From contig JBMYOQ010000017.1 in NCBI GenBank assembly GCA_049599475.1, positions 1 to 64,000 of the forward strand: a DNA stretch of 64,000 bases. The letters run 5' to 3'. The position numbers and the translations under genes are program-made. This DNA is from Opitutales bacterium (GTDB lineage: Bacteria > Verrucomicrobiota > Verrucomicrobiia > Opitutales > JABSRG01). The notes beneath the pieces are model-generated. The model made no database searches and was not told where the DNA came from. It was given only the letters and a program-made list of their open reading frames with translations. This document shows, piece by piece, positions 1 to 10,183 of this stretch. Numbering within the stretch: position 1 is the stretch's first letter; every line of letters starts with the position of its first letter.

Positions 1-6
1 GTCCAT

Positions 7-1617
7 TTGCAGAATACGCAGAGAGTAAACGAAAAGACTTTTGAGAAACGGTCTATACGCGACACGCTTCTCCCCCAGGCATCCGACCCCTTGAATAAAG
101 AAACCGCAGAGCTCACCGTTGAACGCATCCAAACCGCATTGGCGAAGGACGAAGCGGCTACCGTGAGCGGAGTCATTCGGCTTATTCATGAACTCGCCGA
201 GAAAGCCTTTGATATTTCGACTCAGGAATTGGCGGATTTGATTAGCCGCGATGTCGCAGTCACCAAGAAGGTGATCCAGACCGCAAACAAACTCGCCTAC
301 AATCAATCAGGCGCGAAAATCACAACCGTCACCCAAGCCATCAACCACATTGGCTTCACCACTGTTCGGAATCTCGCAATCTCGCTTTTGTTGATCGAGA
401 GTTCTGAGAGCCAGATGAATGTCACCGAGCAACGGGAGGTTTCCGCCTTTGCGCTGTGTTCTGGATTCATGTCGCAGATTGTCATCGAAGAACAGGCTCC
501 CGAACTCGCCGAGCAGTCCTTCATATGCACAACGCTGCGGAATTACGGGAAACTGTTGATGTCGACCTTCTTGATCGAAGACTTTCGGGATGCTCAAAAG
601 AAGGCGCTGAGCGATGGCGAGGATAGCGCATTTACTAAGATTTTTGGCCTCACGCCTCTAGAGCTGAGCTACATTCTCCTCGAAAACGCGCAAATGCCGG
701 ATGTCATCACGGCTTGCTTGAAAAATGTGCCGACCCACATCATCCGCAGAGCAGCCAAATCGGAGATCGAAAAGATCAGCGTAATCGCCGATTTCTCGAG
801 CCGGTTGTGTGATCTTGCGATGTTTAGCGATCTTCCTACGGAGGAATTCACGGATGCACTGAAAGACCTTTTGAAAGAATATAGCCACCACGTAGTGCTG
901 AGCGTGAAGGAGGTCTACCAATTGCTCGAAAATGTTGCCGGGACTACCGATCAGTTCTGCAAAGACTACAGCTTCGATTTGATCCCTAAGTCGTTGACTT
1001 CCAGAATCATAGCGCGCCTGAACAAACAGCGCCCGCCCAAGCGAAACAAGACTCCAGTTATCCTTCCGGCTAAAACAGTCCCCGAGCGCAGCCCCATCCA
1101 GTGCGCGATTGAGAAACTTAAGACCGTCTTGGCCGACCCACCCTTTGTGGCATCGCGCGCCTACATGATTGCCCTAGAAGCCATGGTCGAGGAGCAAACG
1201 CTCGATGATTGCATCCTATTCCTGCGCCAGGGAGCAAAGGACGTTTTCATACCTGCTTATGGTTGTGGAAAACTGTTTTTCCGAATCACGCGCAAGGTCA
1301 CGGTAAATAAGGCAGAGCCCAATGTCTTTGGCCTCACGATCTCGAAGGAGAAAGATGTGGTCTTTGCATCCGCAGAGGGAGAGAAAGTCCAAGAGTTTCT
1401 ACCTGATTGGCTCACTTCCTTTAAGAAGACTCGGGCTCTTTACGCACTTCCAATCTCGATCAGTGGGAAGAGTGAGGCCTTGATTCTCGGCGTCTCCTGG
1501 ACAGGTCTTTTCACCGACCTAGAGGGCGAGCGGCTTCAAGATTTGCGCAGCTTAAGAGACTGCCTGAAGGATATCATCGAATCCGCGGCCAGTTGCCGTT
1601 CAGATGTCGAGTTTTAG
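7..1617 (+). CDS. HDOD domain signal transduction protein with C-terminal GAF-like region
   Basis: HDOD-type motifs (LADLISRDVAVTKKVIQTAN, ITTVTQAINHIGFTTVRNLAI, LRNYGKL). The frame is open to the window edge, so the true start may lie upstream. Confidence 0.8.
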   Translation: MQNTQRVNEKTFEKRSIRDTLLPQASDPLNKETAELTVERIQTALAKDEAATVSGVIRLIHELAEKAFDISTQELADLISRDVAVTKKVIQTANKLAYNQSGAKITTVTQAINHIGFTTVRNLAISLLLIESSESQMNVTEQREVSAFALCSGFMSQIVIEEQAPELAEQSFICTTLRNYGKLLMSTFLIEDFRDAQKKALSDGEDSAFTKIFGLTPLELSYILLENAQMPDVITACLKNVPTHIIRRAAKSEIEKISVIADFSSRLCDLAMFSDLPTEEFTDALKDLLKEYSHHVVLSVKEVYQLLENVAGTTDQFCKDYSFDLIPKSLTSRIIARLNKQRPPKRNKTPVILPAKTVPERSPIQCAIEKLKTVLADPPFVASRAYMIALEAMVEEQTLDDCILFLRQGAKDVFIPAYGCGKLFFRITRKVTVNKAEPNVFGLTISKEKDVVFASAEGEKVQEFLPDWLTSFKKTRALYALPISISGKSEALILGVSWTGLFTDLEGERLQDLRSLRDCLKDIIESAASCRSDVEF

Positions 1618-2150
1618 AGAGCGCCTTCTAGCTTCGCTCGATGGGCCTTCGAGACCTCAATATACTTTTCCGCCCAATAGCGAATTCCGGCCTGTTCCTC
1701 TTCTGTAAGTTTGCGGACACACTTTGCAGGACTGCCCAGGATCATGGAGCCTGGCTCAAAGGCTTTTCCCTTCGTCACCAGAGCCCCTGCCCCGACAATG
1801 GAGTTTTTTCCAATGACTGCTCCGTCCAAGACCGTAGCATGCATCCCGATCAGGCACTCATCCTCAATCGTGCAGGCATGGATCATCGCCATGTGGCCGA
1901 TCGTGACATAATTTCCAATCTGCACCCCGTAGTCATCTGAAAGATGGAGCACTGAGCCATCCTGCACATTACTCCCCTCTCCGATGTGAATGGGATTAAT
2001 ATCCGCGCGCACCACCACACCAGGCCAGACCGAAGACTTGGCTTCCATAGTCACTGCCCCGATCAAAGTAGCATTCGGGTGAGCAAAGGCGGTCGGATCG
2101 ATTTGGGGATCCTGCGAGAGATACTTAGCGAGGCGCTCTTGGACATCCAT
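1614..2150 (-). CDS. gamma-class carbonic anhydrase family protein
   Basis: Hexapeptide repeats; VRADINPIHIGEGSNVQDGSVLH and IGHMAMIHAC metal-ligand motifs; ATG at 2150 chosen over TTG at 2159. Confidence 0.92.
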   Translation of the reverse strand: MDVQERLAKYLSQDPQIDPTAFAHPNATLIGAVTMEAKSSVWPGVVVRADINPIHIGEGSNVQDGSVLHLSDDYGVQIGNYVTIGHMAMIHACTIEDECLIGMHATVLDGAVIGKNSIVGAGALVTKGKAFEPGSMILGSPAKCVRKLTEEEQAGIRYWAEKYIEVSKAHRAKLEGAL

Positions 2151-2190
2151 AGGGACCAATAAAACACAAGAGCACTCGGGAGAGAATCAA

Positions 2191-2236
2191 TAAAAACAAA
2201 AAGCACGAAACCAGAGTAAACCAGTTTCGTGCTTTT
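2191..2236 (-). terminator. intrinsic terminator after ahcY (arms belong to the CACGAAA inverted-repeat family)
   Basis: AAAAGCACGAAAC (2199-2211) / GTTTCGTGCTTTT (2224-2236) stem, followed on the minus strand by T-runs. Confidence 0.7.
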
Positions 2237-2261
2237 CGTTTATTCAGTGGATAAATAAAGA

Positions 2262-3689
2262 CTAGTAGCGGTAGTGCTCTTGCTTGAATGGGCCTTCGGC
2301 CTTTACACCGATGTAGCTAGCCTGATCATCACGGAGCTTTGTAAGCTTCGCGCCGATACGTTCCAAGTGAAGGCGTGCCACTTCTTCGTCGAGATACTTT
2401 GGCAAAATGTAAACGCCAGGTGTGTATTTCTCGACCTGCTTCCAAAGATCCATCTGCGCGAGCGCTTGGTTTGTGAAAGAGTTCGACATTACGAAGGATG
2501 GGTGACCTGTCGCACAACCCAGATTTACCAGACGCCCCTCAGCGAGCATGTAAATTGAGTGCCCTTCTGGGAATACGTATTGGTCGACCTGCGGCTTGAT
2601 ATTGATCTTCTGAACACCGGGCTCCTTATCAAGCTTTGCAACCTGGATCTCGTTATCGAAGTGACCAATGTTACACACGATGGCTTGGTCGCGCATATTG
2701 CTCATGTGCTCAAATGTAATGATATCTTTGTTACCTGTCGTGGTGACATAAATATCAGCAATCGGGAGCGCCTCTTCGATGGTTGTGACCTTGTGGCCTT
2801 CCATTGCCGCTTGAAGCGCGCAAATCGGGTCAACCTCAGTAACGATGATCTGAGCGCCCATGCCCTTAAGTGCTTGAGCACAGCCTTTACCGACATCGCC
2901 GTATCCACAGACAACTGCCACCTTACCCGCGATCATTACATCAGTCGCGCGCTTGATACCGTCGATCAAAGACTCACGGCAACCGTAGAGGTTATCGAAT
3001 TTGGACTTGGTAACCGAGTCGTTCACGTTGATCGCAGGAACGAGGAGCTTGCCTTCTTCCTGCATCTTGTAGAGGCGGTGAACACCGGTGGTGGTTTCTT
3101 CAGAAACACCCTTCCATTCCTTAACGACCTTTGACCAGTGAAGGGGGTCTTCAGAGTTTACGCTCTTGAGGAGTTCCTTAATGACCTGCTCCTCGTCACT
3201 CTCCGACTCAGAATTTACCCAATCAGAATCTTCAGTTTCGAGCTCGTAGCCCTTGTGGATAAGAAGCGTCGCATCGCCACCGTCGTCGACGATGAGCTGT
3301 GGACCCTTGCCGTCCGGCCATGTAAGAGCCTTGTATGTGCAATCCCAATACTCTTCAAGTGTTTCGCCCTTCCAAGCGAAGACTGGCACACCGCTCACAG
3401 CAATAGCCGCCGCCGCATGGTCTTGTGTTGAGAAAATATTACAAGAACACCAGCGCACATCAGCTCCGAGGGCAGTCAATGTCTCAATCAAGACTGCAGT
3501 TTGAATCGTCATGTGCAGAGAGCCCATGATACGCACACCGGAGAGTGGCTTCTCAGGACCATACTTTTCACGCGTGGCCATGAGGCCGGGCATCTCTTTT
3601 TCAGCGATGCCGATTTCTTTGCGACCCCAATCAGCAAGTGACAGGTCGGCGACTTTGAAGTCTTGGGTTGTAAGGGTTTCGGTGCTCAT
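2262..3689 (-). CDS. ahcY: adenosylhomocysteinase
   Basis: [65 protein letters not shown] motifs. Confidence 0.99.
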   Translation of the reverse strand: MSTETLTTQDFKVADLSLADWGRKEIGIAEKEMPGLMATREKYGPEKPLSGVRIMGSLHMTIQTAVLIETLTALGADVRWCSCNIFSTQDHAAAAIAVSGVPVFAWKGETLEEYWDCTYKALTWPDGKGPQLIVDDGGDATLLIHKGYELETEDSDWVNSESESDEEQVIKELLKSVNSEDPLHWSKVVKEWKGVSEETTTGVHRLYKMQEEGKLLVPAINVNDSVTKSKFDNLYGCRESLIDGIKRATDVMIAGKVAVVCGYGDVGKGCAQALKGMGAQIIVTEVDPICALQAAMEGHKVTTIEEALPIADIYVTTTGNKDIITFEHMSNMRDQAIVCNIGHFDNEIQVAKLDKEPGVQKINIKPQVDQYVFPEGHSIYMLAEGRLVNLGCATGHPSFVMSNSFTNQALAQMDLWKQVEKYTPGVYILPKYLDEEVARLHLERIGAKLTKLRDDQASYIGVKAEGPFKQEHYRY

Positions 3690-3698
3690 TTTTTTAAA

Positions 3699-3726
3699 GG
3701 ATGAAGGTTGAGGGATGAAGGATGAA
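3699..3726. repeat. heptamer tandem repeat (GGATGAA)x4 in the ahcY leader
   Basis: GGATGAA GGTTGAG GGATGAA GGATGAA. Confidence 0.75.
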
Positions 3727-3756
3727 ACTTCTGCTCTGTAATACTTTATGTAGATT

Positions 3757-3827
3757 GTAGGGCTCGAGCTTGCTCGATGCCGTGGCGGCTTGGGTTTCCA
3801 GCGGAGCCAAGCGTGCTGAGGCCCTAC
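3757..3827. repeat. GTAG-type REP-like inverted doublet between metK and ahcY
   Basis: GTAGGGCTCGAGCTTGCTCGATGCCG ... GGCCCTAC; left unit is internally palindromic (TCGAGC TT GCTCGA), right unit is degenerate. Confidence 0.65.
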
Positions 3828-3839
3828 TATTTTCTGGTT

Positions 3840-5012
3840 CTAGGCCTTGACCGCTTTTTTGAGGGCTGCCGCTTTGTTCGTCTGCTCCCAGGGAAGGTCT
3901 GCTTTCCCGAAGTGACCATAATTGGTGGTCTCGCGATAAATCGGACGCAGCAGGTTTAGCTGCTTTACGATGTCCGCTGGTTTAAAGCTGAAGACCTTCG
4001 GCAGTGCATCAGCGATGGCAACATCGGCAACTTTGCCCGTGCCAAAGGTATTTACGAAAATACTGGTCGGGTGTGGGTAGCCGATCGCGTAGGCGACCTG
4101 CACTTCTACCGTCTCAGCAAGTCCCGCCGCTACGATATTCTTCGCTACCCAGCGGCACATGTAAGCCGCAGAACGGTCGACCTTCGATGGATCTTTACCG
4201 GAGAAAGCACCTCCGCCATGACGGCCCATTCCACCGTAGGTATCCACGATGATCTTACGCCCGGTCAATCCAGCGTCGCCCTGCGGTCCGCCGATCACGA
4301 ATTTACCCGTCGGGTTGATCAGGTATTCGGTGTCCTTGGTGAGAAGCTTCTTCGGCAGAACCTTCTTAATGATCTTCTTAATGATAAACTCTTCAATCGC
4401 TGCGTGCTCGATATCCGCAGTGTGCTGGGTAGACACCACTACGTTTTTAATTTCAACAGCCTTGCCGTCTTCATAAGCAACGGCGACTTGCGCCTTCGCA
4501 TCGGGACGGAGCCACTTTGCCTGACGACCTGCTTTGCGCACGCGGGAAAGTTCACGCATGATGAGGTGCGAGAACATCACTGGCGCAGGCATGAGCTCTT
4601 CGGTCTCAGTGGATGCATAGCCAAACATGATACCTTGGTCACCTGCACCCTGTTCCGCAGTCTTCTTACCTTTCGCTTTCTTAGCATCTACACCCTGAGC
4701 GATGTCAGGTGACTGCTGTGTGAGCGCGTTGGTAATAAATACTTTGTCGGCCTGAAAGACATCGTCGTCATTCGTGTAGCCAATCTCAGTGATAGCATCG
4801 CGCACAACCTGCTCAAAATCGATCTTGGCCTTCGTGGTCAGCTCGCCCGCGAGAAAAACGCAATTGCTCTTTACGAGGGTCTCGCAAGCCACGCGGCTCT
4901 TTGGATCCTGCTCGAATACTGCGTCCAAGATGCTGTCGGAGATAAAATCAGCAACTTTGTCGGGGTGGCCTTCACCCACGGATTCTGAAGAAAAAATGTA
5001 TTGGGAAGACAT
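3840..5012 (-). CDS. metK: methionine adenosyltransferase
   Basis: [33 protein letters not shown] signatures. Confidence 0.99.
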   Translation of the reverse strand: MSSQYIFSSESVGEGHPDKVADFISDSILDAVFEQDPKSRVACETLVKSNCVFLAGELTTKAKIDFEQVVRDAITEIGYTNDDDVFQADKVFITNALTQQSPDIAQGVDAKKAKGKKTAEQGAGDQGIMFGYASTETEELMPAPVMFSHLIMRELSRVRKAGRQAKWLRPDAKAQVAVAYEDGKAVEIKNVVVSTQHTADIEHAAIEEFIIKKIIKKVLPKKLLTKDTEYLINPTGKFVIGGPQGDAGLTGRKIIVDTYGGMGRHGGGAFSGKDPSKVDRSAAYMCRWVAKNIVAAGLAETVEVQVAYAIGYPHPTSIFVNTFGTGKVADVAIADALPKVFSFKPADIVKQLNLLRPIYRETTNYGHFGKADLPWEQTNKAAALKKAVKA

Positions 5013-5043
5013 GATTCGGGAAAAACTGAAGCCTATCCACTAA

Positions 5044-5078
5044 TATTCAAGAATAAACGAATCAGGATTGATTGATAT
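5044..5078. promoter_or_regulatory. candidate tandem operator upstream of metK (SahR-like ATCAA-N6-TTGAT)
   Basis: ATCAGGATTGATTGAT (5061-5076) plus a weaker abutting site TTCAAGAATAAACGAA (5046-5061). Confidence 0.45.
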
Positions 5079-5136
5079 ATTATTAATTTTGGAGTGAATA
5101 TCGACAATCGGCGCTAATCTTGTTTATCCAACCGCT

Positions 5137-5562
5137 ATGATCCGGACGCTTTTGCTCTCTACCGCGCTCATCGCGACAACTTTTCTCAACACCGCCTGTA
5201 ATTCCATCGATCAGGTGGGACAGACAGTCAGCCCCAACAACCGAATTTGCGTCGAATTGGATGCACCCAATCCGGGCTGGATCCTGGGCATCCAAGAAGT
5301 CCGAGTCGATGCATCGAACCACCTGCATGTCTACGCGGAAGCGAAGATTCTCAAGGAGAAGGAAAACCGCTTCACTGCTTCAGTCATCTCACAAACCGGA
5401 GACTGTGTAAGAGTACCGAGAAACGGTCGCGGCATGACAATTTATCTCGCGGGAGCCACATGGAACTGGGTGCCCGAGGAGATCGTCAGTGTGTCTGGCG
5501 TGAAGGAATACCGCTCGCAATTAGAGGGCGAAAAGACCAAACGGCTCTTCCCCTTTAATTGA
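5137..5562 (+). CDS. hypothetical lipoprotein
   Basis: Hydrophobic N-terminus ending in lipobox-like NTAC; 141 aa; overlaps the thiN ORF start. Confidence 0.7.
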   Translation: MIRTLLLSTALIATTFLNTACNSIDQVGQTVSPNNRICVELDAPNPGWILGIQEVRVDASNHLHVYAEAKILKEKENRFTASVISQTGDCVRVPRNGRGMTIYLAGATWNWVPEEIVSVSGVKEYRSQLEGEKTKRLFPFN

Positions 5563-6245
5563 TCGATTCGATGCGATCGGAAGTTTCGCCATCAGTGACG
5601 CAAAGCCCGAGTAAAATTCTCATTGTCCTAGGCGGAAGCCCTCCCGACTCAGCCCTCCTCCGTGAACATTTTGAGTGGTCTGAGAGATCTATCGCGGCGG
5701 ACTCTGGATTGGATAGCTTTAAAAATGCAGGCCTGTCCCCCGATGTCGCCATTGGTGATTTCGACTCATTTCATGGTGATCCCCATCAATTCGCAAAACA
5801 GGTTATCTCAGCACCGGAGCAAAATGCGACCGATTTCCAGAAGGCTCTGCGGATGATAGACGGCTCTACCCCGGAACTAGAGATCACAATCCTCGGAGGC
5901 ACCGGAAGGCGGGCCGATCACTTTTTAACCAACCTCCTCATCGTTGCCGAGAAATGGCCCGAGGCAGCTTTCACATTTCACGATCTCGACCAAAGCATTT
6001 ACCGGGTAAGCCCGCAAAAGGCACTCGAGATGAGCAACTGTTCCATTGGATCAACGGTCAGCCTAATCCCCATGAGCCGCGCAGCCGGGGTCACCACCCA
6101 GGGCCTTCACTGGGAATTGACCGACGCTAGCATGGAACCCAACGGTCAATTAGGGCAAAGCAACGTGCAGGAATCAGAGATACTCAGCATCAGTATTCGC
6201 ACAGGGGCCCTCTTCGTAATTATAAATAGAAATTTGAGGGACTGA
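5559..6245 (+). CDS. thiN: thiamine diphosphokinase
   Basis: IAADSG, GDFDS, TDFQKAL, GGTGRRADH, GLHWEL and SN motifs; exact start uncertain. Confidence 0.93.
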   Translation: MIDSMRSEVSPSVTQSPSKILIVLGGSPPDSALLREHFEWSERSIAADSGLDSFKNAGLSPDVAIGDFDSFHGDPHQFAKQVISAPEQNATDFQKALRMIDGSTPELEITILGGTGRRADHFLTNLLIVAEKWPEAAFTFHDLDQSIYRVSPQKALEMSNCSIGSTVSLIPMSRAAGVTTQGLHWELTDASMEPNGQLGQSNVQESEILSISIRTGALFVIINRNLRD

Positions 6246-6665
6246 TCAAAATCACTGGAGCTAATTAAGCCCAAAACTTGTGCTTAGCCAGCCCTTGATC
6301 TCATTTCTTAATACCAAGACATTCATATATTAGTTCAACTAATTAAATATGTCGAAAAACTTACAGTTCGCAAGCGCCTCACCATCTGCTGCAAATCAGG
6401 TATAATCAAAGATAATTCCAAACATTCACAGATCACTACATGTCTTTGAATATTAAATACTTACAACAGATTTGGCCCAAACAGTATGCTTAACAAAGTT
6501 AGAATCATACCCGTAATCCACACGTTCCCCCTGAAACCGGAATGCGTCGATTGGGAAACAATTGAGTCAGTGCGTCGTAACGAATTTTCATAGGCGTTTT
6601 ACGTCTTGCATTCATTAGATCAACTTGTTCACTGGCGGGCTGCGGTTAATCGACCGCATAATTGA

Positions 6666-7724
<1,059 letters not shown>

Positions 7725-7752
7725 GCTTCTGAGCTAAGAGTGCTTTTTGACT

Positions 7753-7795
7753 AAGCCGGGAGAGAAGAATTTTAGGCCTTCCTCCCGGCTTTTTT
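7753..7795 (+). terminator. intrinsic terminator between gap and pgk
   Basis: AAGCCGGGAG / CTCCCGGCTT stem followed by a T-run. Confidence 0.75.
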
Positions 7796-7845
7796 AATTT
7801 TTATAGCTGCACAGCAGATTCCTTTTTCCAGTTTCTCTTTTTCCA

Positions 7846-9042
7846 ATGTCTAAAATTCCTTCAGTTTCTGATCTCGAGTGCGCAGGTAAACGCGTATTCG
7901 TCCGTGTTGATTTCAACGTGCCTCTCACCGAAGACGGCAAAGTCTCCGACGACACACGTATCCGCGGAGCCCTGCCAACCATCGAGCTCCTGCTCAGCAA
8001 AGGCGCACGAGTAATCTTGGCTTCCCACCTCGGTCGCCCCAAAGGTGAAGTAAACCCGAAATACTCTCTGCGCCCGGTAGCAGCAGACCTTTCAGAAAAA
8101 CTGAAACGCCCAGTCATGTTCGTCGAAGATGCGATCGGCTCAGATACGCCCGCAATCATCGACAGCACAGAGCCCGGCTCCGTCGTTCTATTGGAAAATA
8201 TGCGCTTCTACCCAGGCGAAACCAAGAACGACCCTGAACTTTCCAAGAAACTCGCCTCACTCGCAGACATCTTTGTAAACGATGCATTTGGCACAGCACA
8301 CCGTGCACACGCATCCACTGCAGGTATCGCCGAGTTCGTAGAAGAAAAAGCCTGCGGACTACTGATTGAGCGCGAACTTGCATATCTCGGCGACAAGGTA
8401 TCCAACCCTGAACGCCCCTTCACCGTAATCCTCGGAGGCGCTAAGGTATCCGACAAGATCATGGTTATCGATACCCTTCTCGAGAAAGCTGACACCATCA
8501 TCATTGGTGGCGCCATGGCCTACACATTCAAACTCGCAATCGGCGAAACGGTCGGTGATTCCCTCTGCGAACCTGACAAGGTAGAAATCGCGAAGGAAGC
8601 CATGAAGAAGGCAGAAGAAAAGGGTGTAAAGTTCCTCCTGCCTTCCGACACAATGATCGTCAAGGGCCTCGATTTCGGAGCTGGAACCTTTGCCGAATCC
8701 GAAGTCATCGAAGGCGACATCCCAGAAGGTTGGGAAGGCGTCGACATTGGCCCCAAGTCCGCAGCAGTTTTCGCTGAAGCCGTAAAGTCCGCAAAGACTG
8801 TCCTCTGGAACGGCCCAATGGGAATTTTTGAAATTCCTGCATGCGCGAAGGGCACTTTCGCAGTCGCTGAAGCCATCGCGGAAAGCGAAAGCACATCCAT
8901 TATCGGTGGCGGAGATTCCGTAACCGCAATCAACAAAAGCGGCTTCGCGGACAAGGTCACATTCATGAGCACCGGAGGCGGCGCATCCTTAGAATTCCTA
9001 GAAGGTAAAGAACTTCCTGGCGTTACCGCGCTCGCTCAGTAA
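7846..9042 (+). CDS. pgk: phosphoglycerate kinase
   Basis: RVDFNVP, SHLGRP, NDAFGTAHRAHAS, STGGGASLEFLEG. Confidence 0.99.
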   Translation: MSKIPSVSDLECAGKRVFVRVDFNVPLTEDGKVSDDTRIRGALPTIELLLSKGARVILASHLGRPKGEVNPKYSLRPVAADLSEKLKRPVMFVEDAIGSDTPAIIDSTEPGSVVLLENMRFYPGETKNDPELSKKLASLADIFVNDAFGTAHRAHASTAGIAEFVEEKACGLLIERELAYLGDKVSNPERPFTVILGGAKVSDKIMVIDTLLEKADTIIIGGAMAYTFKLAIGETVGDSLCEPDKVEIAKEAMKKAEEKGVKFLLPSDTMIVKGLDFGAGTFAESEVIEGDIPEGWEGVDIGPKSAAVFAEAVKSAKTVLWNGPMGIFEIPACAKGTFAVAEAIAESESTSIIGGGDSVTAINKSGFADKVTFMSTGGGASLEFLEGKELPGVTALAQ

Positions 9043-9069
9043 TTTCCAACGTTTCAACAAATTCGAACT

Positions 9070-9849
9070 ATGAGCCAATCATCTCGTAAATATCTCATCG
9101 CAGGCAACTGGAAGATGAACAAGACCTCGGAAGAGGCCAAAGAACTCGCTTCTGAAGTCGTAGCAGAAGTCGGCACACAGACATCTGTCTCAGTCGTCGT
9201 TTGCCCTCCGTTCACTGCACTTGAAACAGTCGCGGGACAGATCGCGAATTCAAACGTCCACCTCGGCGCTCAAAACCTTTACCCAGCACCGTCGGGCGCA
9301 TACACCGGTGAAGTCAGCCCAGAGATGCTCCGCAGCCTCTTCGCAGGCTACGTCATCCTCGGCCACAGTGAACGCCGCGAATACTTTGGTGAGACCGATG
9401 CCTTCGTAAACAAGAAGGTCATCGCATCTCTCGAAGCAAACCTGCGCCCAATCCTCTGCGTAGGTGAATCCCTGGAGCAACGCGAATCCGGCGAAACAAC
9501 AGCCGTCGTTTCCGAGCAGATCAAGGGCGGCCTCGTCGACGTAGCTCCTGAAACTGCAGACCAAGTCGTCATCGCCTACGAACCGATTTGGGCAATTGGT
9601 ACCGGAAAAACAGCTACACCTGAAATGGCTCAAGAGACCCACGCGGCCATCCGCGCAGTCCTCGTCGAACTCTTTGGTGAAACCGTTGCTGAAAAGATCC
9701 GCATCCTTTACGGCGGCTCCATGAAGCCAGGCAATGCGCCTGAGCTCCTCGCTCAGCCCGACATCGACGGCGGCCTCATCGGTGGCGCGTCTCTGAAGGC
9801 TCGCGACTTCGCAGGCATCGTCGAAGCCGCAGCAGCGCAGACTGCGTAA
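9070..9849 (+). CDS. tpiA: triose-phosphate isomerase
   Basis: AGNWKM, GHSERR, AYEPIWAIGTG, YGGS, GGASL. Confidence 0.99.
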   Translation: MSQSSRKYLIAGNWKMNKTSEEAKELASEVVAEVGTQTSVSVVVCPPFTALETVAGQIANSNVHLGAQNLYPAPSGAYTGEVSPEMLRSLFAGYVILGHSERREYFGETDAFVNKKVIASLEANLRPILCVGESLEQRESGETTAVVSEQIKGGLVDVAPETADQVVIAYEPIWAIGTGKTATPEMAQETHAAIRAVLVELFGETVAEKIRILYGGSMKPGNAPELLAQPDIDGGLIGGASLKARDFAGIVEAAAAQTA

Positions 9850-9872
9850 TCTTCTCTACGATACGTAAATTT

Positions 9873-9905
9873 AAAAGCCGCACTCCAATCGGGTGCGGCT
9901 TTTTT
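9873..9905 (+). terminator. intrinsic (likely bidirectional) terminator after tpiA
   Basis: AAAAGCCGCAC / GTGCGGCTTTTT. Confidence 0.85.
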
Positions 9906-10044
9906 GCGTCCAGAATTCTGACCGGATGATGAATTAAACCACTTCTCAAAAATGCTTTCGCTTATTCTCACCTATGCTTGTTGTAGCCGCCCCACTCTGC
10001 TGAGGCGCCTGCACTAAAGCAAACTCGATTGCGCTGCGTTTCGC

Positions 10045-10146
10045 GATGATGTCATCGGTAGCGGCCGATCTCCGAGCGGTCGAATGCTGCGTATCAGCTG
10101 GGCGAAATTGCTGTCTTCAACCGCTCGGAGATCGGTTGCTACCCCT
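10045..10146. repeat. REP doublet / REPIN-like element, copy 1
   Basis: 24-bp inverted arms GGTAGCGGCCGATCTCCGAGCGGT / ACCGCTCGGAGATCGGTTGCTACC; arms, spacer and flank recur inverted at 36585-36686. Confidence 0.9.
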
Positions 10147-10183
10147 TTTCTTCTCTAAAGGCAGCGACAATAGGCAAACACAC

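Noticed and set aside
3690..3839. SAH or SAM riboswitch between metK and ahcY
   Set aside because: No recognisable riboswitch core; the structure is explained by a GTAG REP-like doublet and a heptamer tract.
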